From Candidatus Roizmanbacteria bacterium (GTDB lineage: Bacteria > Patescibacteriota > Microgenomatia > UBA1406 > GWC2-37-13), in contig JBBIRE010000001.1 in NCBI GenBank assembly GCA_037441985.1, forward strand, positions 1 through 45,168: a stretch of DNA of 45,168 nucleotides, given 5' to 3'. This document shows positions 44,863 to 45,168 of the stretch, one piece after another; within the stretch, counting starts at the first letter, position 1; the number at the start of each line of letters is the position of its first letter. The notes beneath the pieces are model-generated. The model did not search any database, was not told the DNA's origin, and saw nothing but the letters and a program-made list of their open reading frames with translations. Both the position numbers and the translations under genes were made by a program.

Positions 44863-45168
44863 ATGAAACACTTAAACTCTATCTTTTCATTTTCAAAATC
44901 AAAAGAAGCTCAATTTAGACTTCAGGTGATTGAGTTTCATAATAAGTATGAAACAAGCGCCACCATTGATGCTTATTCTATCTCAAAATCAACTATCTTT
45001 CGATGGAAGAAGAAACTAAAAGATGCAGGTAGTAGACTTGAGAGTTTAATCCCAGACTCAAGAGAACCAAAAAGAAAAAGACAGATGACAACCCCCCTTT
45101 TGATTATCAGGTTTATAAAAGATTTAAGAGAACAATATCCACGACTTGAAAAAGAAAAGATAAAACCA
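44863..45168 (+). CDS. Transposase, N-terminal fragment (HTH domain, IS481-like); 3' end outside the window
   Basis: Absent from the ORF track because it has no stop. ATG 44863 encodes MKHLNSIFSFSKSKEAQFRLQVIEFHNKYETSATIDAYSISKSTIFRWKKKLKDAGSRLESLIPDSREPKRKRQMTTPLLIIRFIKDLREQYPRLEKEKIKP. This is the typical HTH and basic-linker layout of IS481-type transposases. Confidence 0.8.
   Translation, partial: MKHLNSIFSFSKSKEAQFRLQVIEFHNKYETSATIDAYSISKSTIFRWKKKLKDAGSRLESLIPDSREPKRKRQMTTPLLIIRFIKDLREQYPRLEKEKIKP

Larger units (their letters stand above)
44768..45168 (+). mobile_element. Left (5') portion of an IS element, truncated by the window end
   Basis: IR-L followed by a transposase N-terminal coding region that is open to the last base of the window. 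Confidence 0.65.

Noticed and set aside
1-45168. The window as a composite transposon, or as a circular element closed through the IS
   Set aside because: The bracketed DNA carries single-copy essential genes (rpoBC, rpsL, rpsG, fusA, aspS, tRNAs). The two transposase fragments do not join, because the middle of the gene is missing. An assembly or window break at a multicopy IS is the simpler explanation.

Overview
The window is very AT-rich and tightly packed, and looks like an ultra-small Patescibacteria/CPR-type genome (inference from gene content and style). Both edges are fragments of the same kind of IS481-like insertion sequence, in direct orientation: a transposase 3' end at 1-302 and a 5' end at 44863-45168, with matching terminal inverted repeats. 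A core expression block follows as one apparently fused operon, rpoB-rpoC-rpsL-rpsG-fusA (401-10369). The centre, about 29 kb (10372-39462), is an unusually large envelope-glycosylation island. It holds 14 polytopic GT-C-type (ArnT/PMT-, DUF2029/GT87-, PTPS-related-, PIG-V-like) membrane glycosyltransferase genes, two of them interrupted. It also holds five GT2 genes (two polyprenyl-phosphate-sugar-synthase-like), two GT4 genes, one Wzx/MOP flippase, two small membrane-anchored unknowns and mutM. The right end carries uppP, tRNA-Arg(CCG), tRNA-Ala(CGC), an XRE regulator, tRNA-Ile(UAU), a DUF2905 protein, an anchored unknown protein, a DD-carboxypeptidase and a short aspS lacking the insertion domain. 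The main candidate for a new system is the GT-C island. Its core is a twice-repeated triad of family-B GT-C, lipid-sugar synthase and ArnT-like GT-C. Two GT-C genes are broken exactly at 8-nt homopolymer tracts. No CRISPR array, rRNA, reverse transcriptase or recognisable defence genes were seen.
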